DNA of 59,588 nt, from positions 1-59,588 of the IMG/VR virus record IMGVR_UViG_3300021403_000011. The stretch is one strand, 5' to 3'. Positions 27,013 to 36,288 of the stretch are shown here, in pieces (position 1 is the stretch's first letter; each line of letters opens with the position of its first letter). The position numbers and the translations under genes were made by a program. This stretch comes from a virus. Taxonomy: Duplodnaviria > Caudoviricetes. Under the pieces are notes generated by a model. That model was not told the DNA's origin, made no database searches, and saw only the letters and a program-made list of their open reading frames with translations.

Positions 27013-27223
27013 ACCGAACCTCAGGATAGCTTGCGTCGAGTTCTATGACGACGGCCCGGACGAGCAGGGGCGCCGCCACTACGCGCTGACGTGGTGGAGC
27101 GAGAGCGCGCCGATCCATTCGACGGTCCCCGGCCGCGAGCACATCTGTCTCGGGTACGGGCTCGGGATGCGGGGCCAGCACTTCCACGCGAACCCCGATC
27201 GGCTGGCGCCCCGGATCGTGTAG
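27005..27223 (+). CDS. hypothetical protein
   Basis: Overlapping chain; TAG stop forms TAGCAT box. Confidence 0.45.
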   Translation: MGKPNLRIACVEFYDDGPDEQGRRHYALTWWSESAPIHSTVPGREHICLGYGLGMRGQHFHANPDRLAPRIV

Positions 27224-27234
27224 CATCGGCCCCC

Positions 27235-27558
27235 GTGGCAGACATCATCGACGAACGCTCGGTCCTCACGCCGATCGCGGCCAAGGTGATCGAGGTCGCC
27301 GCGACGCCGCTGGACGCGCTGGGCTTCGCGGAGACGACGTCGATCAGCATCGGGCTGGGCGAGGACCGGAAGGCGTTCGTGTTCACGCTGTCGCAGAGTG
27401 CACGCGCCGCGATGAAGGACGACGCCGGCCGCGACCGCCTGGGGGACCTCGCGCTGCAGTTGGGCGCGTTGGTCAACCCGTCGAGCGCGGTGCTGGTGGT
27501 GCTGCCGGACGGGGAGCAGCTGTCCGCGTACCGCGTGGAGGTCGAGCCCCCGCGATGA
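27235..27558 (+). CDS. hypothetical protein
   Basis: GTG 8 nt after TAGCAT. Confidence 0.55.
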   Translation: MADIIDERSVLTPIAAKVIEVAATPLDALGFAETTSISIGLGEDRKAFVFTLSQSARAAMKDDAGRDRLGDLALQLGALVNPSSAVLVVLPDGEQLSAYRVEVEPPR

Positions 27559-27722
27559 GTCGCAAGACCAAGAAGAAGGTCCCGCTGCCGTATGACAGTC
27601 GCCTGTGGCCAGCTACGTATTGGAGGATCCCCAAGATGTCGTGGGCACCGCGCTGCCAGTGCGGTCGGCTAACCTGCAGCGAGTGCCACGCCGGCGCCGC
27701 CGCAAAGCTGGAGGCGCAGTGA
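27555..27722 (+). CDS. 55-aa Zn-binding peptide
   Basis: Coupled on both sides; CQCG..CSEC. Confidence 0.4.
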   Translation: MSRKTKKKVPLPYDSRLWPATYWRIPKMSWAPRCQCGRLTCSECHAGAAAKLEAQ

Positions 27723-29050
27723 AGAAGAAGCCCAGGGTCGACGTCCCGCCCGCGGCCGAGCAACGCCAGCGGATCGAGTACATGGAGCTCGGCGTCCTGC
27801 TCAAGTTCCCGAAGAACCCACGCGGGCACGACTTCGTCGCCCTGGGCGAGGCCTTCAAGGACCGGGGCTTCGTGACGCCGCTGTTGCTCGACGAGACCTC
27901 GGGGCTGCTGGTCGAGGGGCACGGGCGCCTCGAGAAGCTCGAGGAGATGCGCGCGGCCGGGGCGCCGCCGCCGGCGCGCATCGAGGACCGCGACGGCAAG
28001 TGGAGCGTGCCGGTGGTCCGCGGCGTCTACTTCGAGAACATGGACCAAGCCCGCCGCCACCTGCTGGGCGCGAACCGGATCGGCGAGGGGCTGTGGGACA
28101 ACCGCCTGACCGCGGACATGCTGGGCAAGCTCGGCGAGGGCAACCTGATCGGCAGCGGCTTCGGCGAGAAGGACCTCGTGACCTTCCTCGCGCGCGCCGG
28201 CGGCGCGCCGGGCGAGGGCGCGACCGACCCGAACGCGGTTCCCGAGCGCCCGAAGAAGGCGCGCAGCAAGACGGGCGACCTCTGGATCCTGGGCGAGCAC
28301 CGGCTGCTGTGCGGGGACTCGACCGTTGCTGCGGACGTGAAGCGGCTGATGGGATCGGATCGCGCGGCGATGATGGCGACCGACCCGCCGTACGGCGTCG
28401 ACTACACCGATGAGCAGCGCGTAGGCGCGGCGAAGCAGGTCGATGGTGGTAAGCGGAAGCAGATCTGGAAGGTGTCGATCGACAACGACGACAAGACCGG
28501 CGCCGACATCCAGCCCTTCCTCGAGGCCGTCTTCGCGGCGTCGCTGCAGCACGCGCTCGCGCCGAACGCCGCGTGGTACCTGTGGCACGCGCACATGACG
28601 CAGGGATTCTTTGCTGCTGCTGCTGCTGCTGCTGCAAACCTCGTGCTCCACCGGCAGATCATCTGGGTGAAACCTGGGATGCTGCTGGGGTTCGGCGACT
28701 ACCACTGGCGCCACGAGCTGTGCTTCTACGGGTGGGTCAAGGGCAGCCGGCCGCCGTTCTATGGGGACCGGAACCAGACGACCGTTTGGGAGGTGTCGAA
28801 CGAGACCGCGGCGGCGAAGCGCGTCCACCCGACCCAGAAGCCGGTGGAGATTTTCGAGCGCCCGATGAACAACCACGTCAAGCGCGGCGGCGTCTGCTAC
28901 GAGCCCTTCAGCGGGTCGGGCACCCAGATCATCGCGGGCGAGCGCCTGGGGCGCCGGGTGCTGGCGATGGAGAAGGATCCGGCCTACGTCGACGTCGCGG
29001 TCCAGCGCTGGGAAGAGTTCACCAAGCTGAAGGCCAAACTTCAGAAGTGA
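27719..29050 (+). CDS. ParB-like domain fused to N6/N4 DNA methyltransferase
   Basis: NPR.H, GF..P, GHGR; HRLLCGDS, DPPY, IIWVK, HPTQKP, EPFSGSG. Confidence 0.9.
   Translation: MKKKPRVDVPPAAEQRQRIEYMELGVLLKFPKNPRGHDFVALGEAFKDRGFVTPLLLDETSGLLVEGHGRLEKLEEMRAAGAPPPARIEDRDGKWSVPVVRGVYFENMDQARRHLLGANRIGEGLWDNRLTADMLGKLGEGNLIGSGFGEKDLVTFLARAGGAPGEGATDPNAVPERPKKARSKTGDLWILGEHRLLCGDSTVAADVKRLMGSDRAAMMATDPPYGVDYTDEQRVGAAKQVDGGKRKQIWKVSIDNDDKTGADIQPFLEAVFAASLQHALAPNAAWYLWHAHMTQGFFAAAAAAAANLVLHRQIIWVKPGMLLGFGDYHWRHELCFYGWVKGSRPPFYGDRNQTTVWEVSNETAAAKRVHPTQKPVEIFERPMNNHVKRGGVCYEPFSGSGTQIIAGERLGRRVLAMEKDPAYVDVAVQRWEEFTKLKAKLQK
28613..28636 (+). repeat. (GCT)7GCA triplet tract (poly-Ala8) inside the methyltransferase
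   Basis: Read directly from sequence. Confidence 0.9.
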
Positions 29051-29083
29051 CCGCCGGCCCGGATCGGGGTTAGGCTCTGGGGC

Positions 29084-29404
29084 ATGGCCAATGAGAACCC
29101 GCCGCCGCCGGACCCGAGGAGGATGGACTTCTACGCCCCGCGCGACGAGCGCTTCGACGTCGTCCTCTGCAAGGACGGCGTCGGCCACCACGCCGCCGCC
29201 GAGGGTGACTTCAAGCGGATCTCGGTCCAGACGGACCGGGGGGCCGCCGGCGCCCGCAACCTGCCCGAGGTCGAGGCCCTCGAGAAGGAGGGCTACAACA
29301 TCGTCAGCGTCGTCCCGCCGGGGTTGCTGACCGAGGGCGAGCGCATGGCGCGGCAGCGCGCGCACGACGACACCTACGGCGCCTTCGACCGGACCAAGGT
29401 CTAA
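29084..29404 (+). CDS. hypothetical protein
   Basis: ATG 7 nt after TAGGCT. Confidence 0.65.
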   Translation: MANENPPPPDPRRMDFYAPRDERFDVVLCKDGVGHHAAAEGDFKRISVQTDRGAAGARNLPEVEALEKEGYNIVSVVPPGLLTEGERMARQRAHDDTYGAFDRTKV

Positions 29405-29406
29405 CC

Positions 29407-29697
29407 ATGGGAGGTAACGGCATCGGCTGGGCGATCGACATGATGAAGGCTGGCGGGCGCGTAACGCGCGCGGGCTGGAACGGCAAGGGGATGTACCTGG
29501 CCTACCAGGCGGGCTACCCGGCCGGCATCCCCATCAACGCCAACACCGCACGCGCCACCGGGCTGCCAGAGGGGACGGTCTGCCGGTTCTTGCCGTACAT
29601 CATGATGCGCACGGCCGACGGGTCGTTCGTGCCGTGGCTGGCGAGCCAGACGGACCTGCTGTCGGACGATTGGGAAGCTTTGCCGCTGGGGACGTAA
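29407..29697 (+). CDS. DUF2829 / Tad2-like anti-defence sponge family protein
   Basis: A...MK.G.RV.R.GWNGKGM, PYI.M.T, VPWLASQTDLL.DDW. Confidence 0.85.
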   Translation: MGGNGIGWAIDMMKAGGRVTRAGWNGKGMYLAYQAGYPAGIPINANTARATGLPEGTVCRFLPYIMMRTADGSFVPWLASQTDLLSDDWEALPLGT

Positions 29698-29698
29698 C

Positions 29699-30124
29699 GT
29701 GAGCTTCATCGTCGACGCGGCGACCGGCGCCTTCGAGCAGACGGTCGACCGCATCCGGCGCAACGAGGATCACGGCGGCTTCAACCCGCGGCCCAAGCTG
29801 GACGAGAAGCAGCTCGCCGAGTTCCAGGCCGAGCAGCGCCAGGGCCGCACCGACGAGCCCTACCGCCAGTGCCTCACGTACCACGGCTTCGTCTGGCGCG
29901 AGGTCGAGCAGCTGCCGATGCTCGAGGGCGGCGTCTACCGCAGGGAGGGCGAATGGAGAAGCGCGAAGCTGCGCCTGGCGTTCACGCCGACGGACCTGGC
30001 CTCGAGCTTCCCGACGGGGCCAGAGAGCTTGGACCGGTACATCCGGGACGAGCTCCTGAAGCGCCAGGTGACGGCGGGGCGCGTGGCCAAGAAGGACCTG
30101 CGCCGCTCCCGCGACCGCAGGTGA
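29699..30124 (+). CDS. hypothetical protein
   Basis: Codon bias. Confidence 0.6.
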   Translation: MSFIVDAATGAFEQTVDRIRRNEDHGGFNPRPKLDEKQLAEFQAEQRQGRTDEPYRQCLTYHGFVWREVEQLPMLEGGVYRREGEWRSAKLRLAFTPTDLASSFPTGPESLDRYIRDELLKRQVTAGRVAKKDLRRSRDRR

Positions 30125-30274
30125 TCCTGCGGCCGACGACCACGCCGCGCCTGTCCCAGGACCTGCGGTTCCCGCCCGCCCCGACGACGAGGGCCCCGTG
30201 GTGGCGGCGCGCGGCGCGCCGGTGCTGGGCCCTAGCCTTGAAGTCCATGGGTCGCCCGTGAGACGCTCCGGGAC

Positions 30275-31972
30275 GTGAGCACCACGATCGAGGGCCGCCC
30301 GGCCGACACCGCGGTCCAGCCGAACGCCGACCAGCTCGTCCAGATGCTCCAGGACCGCGCCGTCTTCGGCGAGACCGAGCGCTACAGGCTGCTTGACCGG
30401 CGCGAGGCGTTCTTCCGCTGCCTCCAGTACCAGCACCAGGAGCGCGACTGGGAGGGGCGCAACGCGGACGCCTACGAGACGATCTCACCCGAGGTCACGT
30501 TCCCGAAGGCGATGGGGCCCACCGACGCCATCGACAACCTGCTGGCGCGCGACAAGCGCCCGACGGCGCCGACGAACCGGGTGCGCACGATCATCAAGCG
30601 CTACACCGGCCTGCTGTTCTCGGAGAAGCGCAGGCCCGCCGTCCAGGTCGCGAACGACCCAGACACCGAGGCCTTCCTGGAGGCGGTGCGGGAGGCGTCC
30701 GGGTTCTGGGCCGCGATGCGCACCGCGCGCGACAAGGGCGGGGCGATGGGATCGGTGGTGATGACGGTCGGCTGCCAGGACGGCAAGTTCAACTACGAGG
30801 TCCACAACTCGAAGAACGTCACGCCGGTCTGGGCCGACCGCCGCAAGCTGCAGCTCGCCGGCATCCTGGTCATGCAGCGCTACCTGCGCGAGGTCGACGT
30901 CGTCGCGGAGGACGGCAAGAACGAGGGGACCGAGGTGGTGGACTACCTGTCGCGGCGGATCATCACGACCGACGTCGACATCGTCTACGAGGACGTCCGC
31001 GCCGACATGGCGCGCGAGGCGCCGTGGACGGTGCAGTCGAGCGTCCAGCACGGGCTGGGGCAGTTCCCGGGCGTCTGGATCCAGAACAACGCCGAGAGCG
31101 ACGACCAGGACGGCGACGCCGACTGCGAGGGCGCGTGGCAGACCATCGACGCCGAGGACCGGATGATCGCGCAATGTCATTCGGGCACGCTCAACAACCT
31201 CGACCCGACCCTGGTCACGAAGACCGACCCGACCGAGGTGCAGCAGCTGACGGCTGGGCAGGACCTCCAGAAGGGGTCGCGGAACGCGATCGAGGTGGGC
31301 TCGAAGGGCGACGCGAAGTACCTGGAGATGACCGGCGCCGGGATCGAGGCAGGCCTCAAGCTGACGGCCGAGTACAAGCAGACCGTCTGCGACCTGACCG
31401 GGATCGTGCTGATCGACGACGCGGACCTGGCGGCCGCGCAGTCGGCCAAGGCGATCGAGTTCCGCTTCGCGCCGATGCTCGAGCGCGCCGACGATCTCCG
31501 GGCGCAGTACGGCCCGGCGGTCATCCTGCTGATGCGGCTGACCGAGGCGATCGCGCGGAAGTTCACGTCGACGACGGTCACGATGCGGACGCTGGACGGG
31601 CAACTCGTTGACGGCGTGTTCCGGTTCGACCTGCCGCCGCGCGAGCTCAACGGCGATCTGGTCGACCACAAGCTCGGGGCCGGCGGCTACATCTCGCTGA
31701 AGTGGGGACCGTACTTCGCCCCGACGGCGTTCGACGTGCAGCAGGACATCCGCAACAGCTCCAGCGCCGCCGCCGCGGGGTTCATCCGCAAGGTGACCGC
31801 GGCCCGCCCGATCGCAGCCGCGTTCGGCGTCCAGGACGTCGAGGGAGAGGTCGACACCGCCACGAAGGAAGCCGACCAGCAGTCAGAGCAGATGCTCGCG
31901 ACGGCTCTCGGCCGGCAGAGCCCGTTCGGGGGCGGCAGCAGCCCGCCGGCAGGTGCCGGCGGGCGACCGTGA
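30275..31972 (+). CDS. portal protein
   Basis: 565 aa; I...YTGLLF, HGLG..P..WIQN, DAKYLEM.G, S.KAIE..FAP (SPP1-like portal features). Confidence 0.8.
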   Translation: MSTTIEGRPADTAVQPNADQLVQMLQDRAVFGETERYRLLDRREAFFRCLQYQHQERDWEGRNADAYETISPEVTFPKAMGPTDAIDNLLARDKRPTAPTNRVRTIIKRYTGLLFSEKRRPAVQVANDPDTEAFLEAVREASGFWAAMRTARDKGGAMGSVVMTVGCQDGKFNYEVHNSKNVTPVWADRRKLQLAGILVMQRYLREVDVVAEDGKNEGTEVVDYLSRRIITTDVDIVYEDVRADMAREAPWTVQSSVQHGLGQFPGVWIQNNAESDDQDGDADCEGAWQTIDAEDRMIAQCHSGTLNNLDPTLVTKTDPTEVQQLTAGQDLQKGSRNAIEVGSKGDAKYLEMTGAGIEAGLKLTAEYKQTVCDLTGIVLIDDADLAAAQSAKAIEFRFAPMLERADDLRAQYGPAVILLMRLTEAIARKFTSTTVTMRTLDGQLVDGVFRFDLPPRELNGDLVDHKLGAGGYISLKWGPYFAPTAFDVQQDIRNSSSAAAAGFIRKVTAARPIAAAFGVQDVEGEVDTATKEADQQSEQMLATALGRQSPFGGGSSPPAGAGGRP

Positions 31973-31988
31973 CAAGAGGAGGGTACCG

Positions 31989-32804
31989 ATGCGCAATAGA
32001 ATCCTGATCGCCAGTGCACTGACCGTCCTGCTCGCCGCCGCCTGCGGAGGCTCGTCCCCCGCGACCACCGAGGAAGCTCTCGTCGGAACGTACAATCTCG
32101 GCACCGGGTGGATGGTCGACGGCACGCTGTCACAGCCGATCCAGACGATGTTCCAGGAGGTCGACCAGGTGCCGAACACGCCGCACAGCCCGTCGGCCGG
32201 CGCCGCGTGGTCGATGTCGTTCGCCGTGGGTAACGGCGGGAGCGGCGTCTTCGGGTCCGACGGGATCCACGGCACGGGGAACCTGAACCAGATCACCTTC
32301 CAGATGTACCTGGTCAAGGCGACGCCCGCCTACTTCGTCGCGACGACGAACATCGTCTTCACGGACGGCGCCGGCCACATCGCGGCCGAGAACGGCGTGA
32401 TCAGCGTGACGCTGTCCCCATACGACAAGCTCCAGATGAATTGGCAGAGCGGGTACCTGACCTTCGCGACGTTCGACCCGCAGTGGAACTACAAGCAGTA
32501 CCAGCAGGTCGCTTGGTCATTCCCAGCTGGCGTGCTGCCGACGATCGCGTACAGCCCGGCGCTGTTCTTCACGCTGCAAAACAGCCAGTTCTACGACGGC
32601 TGCAAGAACGACATCCTGAGCTACGACGACAACGTCAACGACACAGGGCACATCGAGGTGCGCACGCTCTACGGCACGACGGGGGCCGCCACGATCCCCG
32701 CGTACGTGACCATCCCGACGTCACAGTCGATGTGCCAGCTGCAGGCCATCCACCACCCGGAGCTCGGCTATGACATCGCCCAGTGGCACGTCGACGGGAT
32801 TTAG
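31989..32804 (+). CDS. lipoprotein
   Basis: MRNRILIASALTVLLAAAC lipobox; GAGGAGG SD. Confidence 0.75.
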   Translation: MRNRILIASALTVLLAAACGGSSPATTEEALVGTYNLGTGWMVDGTLSQPIQTMFQEVDQVPNTPHSPSAGAAWSMSFAVGNGGSGVFGSDGIHGTGNLNQITFQMYLVKATPAYFVATTNIVFTDGAGHIAAENGVISVTLSPYDKLQMNWQSGYLTFATFDPQWNYKQYQQVAWSFPAGVLPTIAYSPALFFTLQNSQFYDGCKNDILSYDDNVNDTGHIEVRTLYGTTGAATIPAYVTIPTSQSMCQLQAIHHPELGYDIAQWHVDGI

Positions 32805-33396
32805 GGACCACCCCACGCTGACCCTGGCGCTCGACTTCGACGGTTCGCTGGTCGAGTCGCACTCCAAGCCGCTGCGCTGGCGCCCGCGCGCGAAGGACTT
32901 CATCCTGGCCGCCAGCGCCAGCGGCGCGACGCTCTGGCTACATAGCTGCCGCTGCGCGAGCGCCGTCGCGCTGGACATGGAGATGCCCGGCGACCCCGAG
33001 GCCTTCTGGCGATTCGGGCGCGTCCCCGAGGACCTCGAGTATTCCTGGGGCCTCTTCGAGGAGATGCGCGCATTCCTTGAGGCCGAGGGGGTCTGGGGCC
33101 TGATGCAGCCGTGGACGCGTCCCGGCAAACCGATCGCGGACATGTACCCCGACGACCTCGGCGAACGCCCCGACTGGCTTGCCCTCGCTGGCGAGCTGGG
33201 CCTATCCTTGCCGTATGCCCAGCAGGGAGGAGATCGCCAGGTGGTCACGGAGGGGATCGCGGCACCCGTCGCCGTCGTCAGCCCCAGCCCCGTCCCAGCA
33301 GCCTCCCCAGGCCCTGACCCAGGCGCCGCCGGGGATGGCATGGATGCTCCACCAGACGGGGACCTACGTCCTGGTCCCGCTCCCGGCAGCGCCTGA
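32770..33396 (+). CDS. HAD-superfamily-like protein
   Basis: LALDFDGSL, KPIAD.Y.DD. Confidence 0.65.
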   Translation: MTSPSGTSTGFRDHPTLTLALDFDGSLVESHSKPLRWRPRAKDFILAASASGATLWLHSCRCASAVALDMEMPGDPEAFWRFGRVPEDLEYSWGLFEEMRAFLEAEGVWGLMQPWTRPGKPIADMYPDDLGERPDWLALAGELGLSLPYAQQGGDRQVVTEGIAAPVAVVSPSPVPAASPGPDPGAAGDGMDAPPDGDLRPGPAPGSA

Positions 33397-33820
33397 TCCG
33401 GTCCGCCAGCCCCAGGGCGTCCGCGCCTACGCGCCGAACCAGGCGAACGGCTACGGCCAACCGCCGTCGAACGTCATCCCGTTCCGGAAGGTCGAGGAGT
33501 GCCAGCTCGTCCCGCCGGGCGTCGACCGGTTCGGGAACCCGGTCAACCCGTGGGCGGACTTCCTGGCGCGGCAGCCGGACCTCGACCCCAACCAGCTCGC
33601 GGGCCGCGTCGGCTTCGACGTGATGGGCCTGGTCCCCGGCGAGGAGGACCAGCGCCGGCTCGAGCAGCTGCACCACCCGGCGACGGTCCAGGACCGCAAC
33701 CCGAATGCCTCCGCCAGCTCCGACCCGGGCGCCGACGCCCGCGGCGGGCGCGGGTTCGCCGTAGCGCGCGCGGCCCCGATGCTGGTCCCCGGCGGCGCCG
33801 GGCCCGAGCCCGCGGCCTAG
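33215..33820 (+). CDS. Pro-rich hypothetical protein
   Basis: ATG 6 nt after TATCCT; overlaps the low-complexity tail of the HAD ORF. Confidence 0.55.
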   Translation: MPSREEIARWSRRGSRHPSPSSAPAPSQQPPQALTQAPPGMAWMLHQTGTYVLVPLPAAPDPVRQPQGVRAYAPNQANGYGQPPSNVIPFRKVEECQLVPPGVDRFGNPVNPWADFLARQPDLDPNQLAGRVGFDVMGLVPGEEDQRRLEQLHHPATVQDRNPNASASSDPGADARGGRGFAVARAAPMLVPGGAGPEPAA

Positions 33821-33823
33821 CCG

Positions 33824-34273
33824 GTGGCGAAGCCGGCTGCCGTCCGCGCCTGGGCGACCCGCATCAAGAAGCGCGCGGGCGCGTCCTCCGACGACCGGGT
33901 CGTCCGCCGCATCCAGCGCGAGGCCAAGCGCGCGGGCGCTACCCTGGCGCACGGCGGGAAGGGCGGCTTGGACCCTAGGCTGGCGCTCAAGGTGTTCCGG
34001 CGGGACCACTGGCGCTGCTCGAACCCGAAGTGCCCGACCCCCAAGAAGGACCTCGACCTGGACCACCAGAGCGGTCATCCGGAGGAGATCCTGCAGGACC
34101 CGAAGGCCCGGAAGGACCCCGGGGACCGGGCGGCCGCGCGCGCGGGGGATGACCCCAAGGACGACCGCTACTTACATACGTTGTGCGTCAAATGCCACGA
34201 CCGGGTCCACGACCGGGAACGGGCCATCGAGCAGGGGAAGCGTCCTAAACCGATGCGCGGCGCGGCCGGGTAA
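33824..34273 (+). CDS. HNH endonuclease
   Basis: VFRRD.WRC..C...LDLDH...LHTLC..CH..VH. Confidence 0.75.
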   Translation: MAKPAAVRAWATRIKKRAGASSDDRVVRRIQREAKRAGATLAHGGKGGLDPRLALKVFRRDHWRCSNPKCPTPKKDLDLDHQSGHPEEILQDPKARKDPGDRAAARAGDDPKDDRYLHTLCVKCHDRVHDRERAIEQGKRPKPMRGAAG

Positions 34274-34386
34274 TATCCCCCGTAGCGGCCAGGTATCGTA
34301 CCGCTGGGCAGGGCAAGGTTTGGATCGGATCGGCTTGGCGGGACATGGCGCGGGATTCCCCGTCCTCCAGTTGGAGGGGACGGGGA
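34271..34386 (+). repeat. TAATAT + (GGNNN) period-5 array + hairpin element (copy 1)
   Basis: 14 pentamers 34287-34356 (11 start GG); hairpin 34357-34386. Confidence 0.75.
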
Positions 34387-34398
34387 TCATTATTCCAA

Positions 34399-34427
34399 TG
34401 GACATCCGTTACGATATTTACTAGGAT
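34399..34427 (+). promoter_or_regulatory. sigma70-like promoter with conserved spacer (copy 2)
   Basis: TGGACA-TCCGTTACGATATTTAC-TAGGAT. Confidence 0.75.
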
Positions 34428-34469
34428 GGTCCTCAACGGCGATGAGCCGCAGAAACCGAGGAGGTTCCG

Positions 34470-34580
34470 ATGTCCCTGACCCTGCCGACCCTGATCCAAG
34501 TCGCCGCCCTGATGGGCGGCACCGGCGCCTGCAGCGCCAACGCGGTCCTGTTCCCACGCCGCCCGGTGGTGCGCTGGTGA
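34470..34580 (+). CDS. 36-aa peptide
   Basis: GAGGAGG SD; MSLTLPTLIQVAALMGGTGACSANAVLFPRRPVVRW; coupled to next gene. Confidence 0.5.
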   Translation: MSLTLPTLIQVAALMGGTGACSANAVLFPRRPVVRW

Positions 34581-35062
34581 CTAAGCTGGTCGTCATCCAG
34601 GACTCGTTCGTCCAGCCGGACCTGTGTGGTCCGTGCGGCGGGAAGTGCTGCCGCAACATGCCGGGGGCGGCGATGCCGTCCGACTTCGGCACGACCCCCG
34701 ATGAGATCCGCGCGCGCCTCATCGAGCGGCTCCGCACGGGACGCTGGGCGATCGACTGGTGGGAAGGGGACCCGCGACCGGACCAGGACGAGGTGAGTCG
34801 CGGGTATTTCGTGCGCCCCGCGACCAAGGACAGCCTCGGTGAGCTGCTCGACCCGTCTTGGGGCGGCGACTGCACGTTCCGCGGCGAGGGCGGATGTGAC
34901 ATCTTCGACGAGCGCCCGTCCGGATGCCGCGGACTGAAGCCGGCCCAGGACTCGAAGGGGTGCGAGGATGTCCACAGCGGGAAGCGAGACTGCGCGATCG
35001 CGTGGGTGCCGTACCGCCTGCTCATCGAGCAGGTCATCGCAGAACTTGGGGTGCGCCGGTGA
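34577..35062 (+). CDS. YkgJ-like Cys-cluster protein
   Basis: CGPCGGKCC...CTF..GC.I..RP..CR. Confidence 0.7.
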   Translation: MTKLVVIQDSFVQPDLCGPCGGKCCRNMPGAAMPSDFGTTPDEIRARLIERLRTGRWAIDWWEGDPRPDQDEVSRGYFVRPATKDSLGELLDPSWGGDCTFRGEGGCDIFDERPSGCRGLKPAQDSKGCEDVHSGKRDCAIAWVPYRLLIEQVIAELGVRR

Positions 35063-35385
35063 TCGCCCCGGGCACGGCCCCCGAGGCGGCGCGCGCGTTC
35101 CGCCGCGACGTCCTGGCGGTGGTGGTGTTCACCGTGGGGTGGATCGTCTTCGTGCTGCTGCTCGGGAGCTCATGCGGCGGCGTCCCGCTGGTCCCGCCCT
35201 GCGTCGAGCAGCTCGCGCCCGGCGACAACGCGGAGCTGAGCTCGCCGTGCCCCACCGCGCCCGGCTACAGCTTCGGCTGCGCCGGGTCGCCGAGCCAGAA
35301 GCCGCTGGTCGAGTGCGAGATCGACGATGGCCGGATCCAGCACTTCCGCACGGTCTGCGTCGACGCCTGCCCGGGGGCACGGTGA
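35059..35385 (+). CDS. Cys-rich membrane protein or lipoprotein
   Basis: TM segment then LGSSCGG. Confidence 0.55.
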   Translation: MIAPGTAPEAARAFRRDVLAVVVFTVGWIVFVLLLGSSCGGVPLVPPCVEQLAPGDNAELSSPCPTAPGYSFGCAGSPSQKPLVECEIDDGRIQHFRTVCVDACPGAR

Positions 35386-35618
35386 TGGCCGTCTACGCCG
35401 TCCGCCGCGCCGAGTTCGCGATCGAGGACCAGCAGCTGGTCGCGGTCGAGGTCTCGGACGGGAAGATCGAGCTGTACCAGGTCGACCCGGCCGACGGGAT
35501 CGAGATATGGGCCGGCTACGTCAGCAACCCGTCGATCCCCGCGATCGCGCGTATCGGCGCCGTCGAGGCGCTGGCGCGCGTGCCTCGACGCGAGCCGGAC
35601 CGGGTGCACAGGTGGTGA
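35385..35618 (+). CDS. hypothetical protein
   Basis: TGATG overlap. Confidence 0.5.
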   Translation: MAVYAVRRAEFAIEDQQLVAVEVSDGKIELYQVDPADGIEIWAGYVSNPSIPAIARIGAVEALARVPRREPDRVHRW

Positions 35619-35823
35619 CCGCCGGGGTTTGGGACGCCGGTGGCTGACCAGCGGCCCCCGAGCCCGTTCGAGCGCGACCTGGTCGAGCGGTTCCGGACGG
35701 AGCCCGGGTTCAGGAAGGCGTACGAGACCGCGCGCGGCGTGGCTGGCGCGCAACCGGAGGATCCCCGGCGCCCTGTGGCTGCCGGTCCGGTGCGAGCACA
35801 ACGGGGGAGGGAACAAAATAATC

Positions 35824-36078
35824 ATGGCGAGACTCAGCTGTCCTTGTGGCGTCGCGATCCGGCTCCAGCAGTCGCCGGACCCGAACGCGGCCGTCCTGGT
35901 GACCGAACGCGACGACGACGAGGTGGAGCGGCGCAACGTCGTCGAGTGCCCGGCGTGCCTATCACTGCTGGTCGAGACGCGTCCCTGCTCGAACGAATAT
36001 GTCCGGTTCTCCCCTGACAGCGATCATCCCCGCGGGATCGATCTCGGGCGCGGCCGCGGATTCTTCAGCCGGGGATAG
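35824..36078 (+). CDS. small Zn-ribbon protein
   Basis: CPCG...ECPAC. Confidence 0.5.
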   Translation: MARLSCPCGVAIRLQQSPDPNAAVLVTERDDDEVERRNVVECPACLSLLVETRPCSNEYVRFSPDSDHPRGIDLGRGRGFFSRG

Positions 36079-36080
36079 CC

Positions 36081-36278
36081 GTGCTGTTCATGGTCCACGC
36101 CCTCTGCTGCGACGGCAAGCGCCTGGCGCTCCAGGTGGCCCCCGACATGATGCTGTTGAAGGTCGGCCGGATCACCGAGTGGTGCCGCTGCCCCCAGGTC
36201 GTGTGGAAGCAGATCGAGAACGGCCCGCCGTTCCTGACCGCCCATGACGTCAAGGAATGGGTCCCAGGGCGCCGGTAA
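36081..36278 (+). CDS. hypothetical protein
   Basis: Stop forms TAATAT. Confidence 0.5.
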   Translation: MLFMVHALCCDGKRLALQVAPDMMLLKVGRITEWCRCPQVVWKQIENGPPFLTAHDVKEWVPGRR

Positions 36279-36288
36279 TATCCAAGAG

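Noticed and set aside
28613-28636. On/off phase variation of the methyltransferase
   Set aside because: A triplet unit keeps the reading frame
34287-34356. GG pentamer arrays as CRISPR arrays or short proteins
   Set aside because: No repeat-spacer structure or cas genes; 5-nt period does not match codon structure
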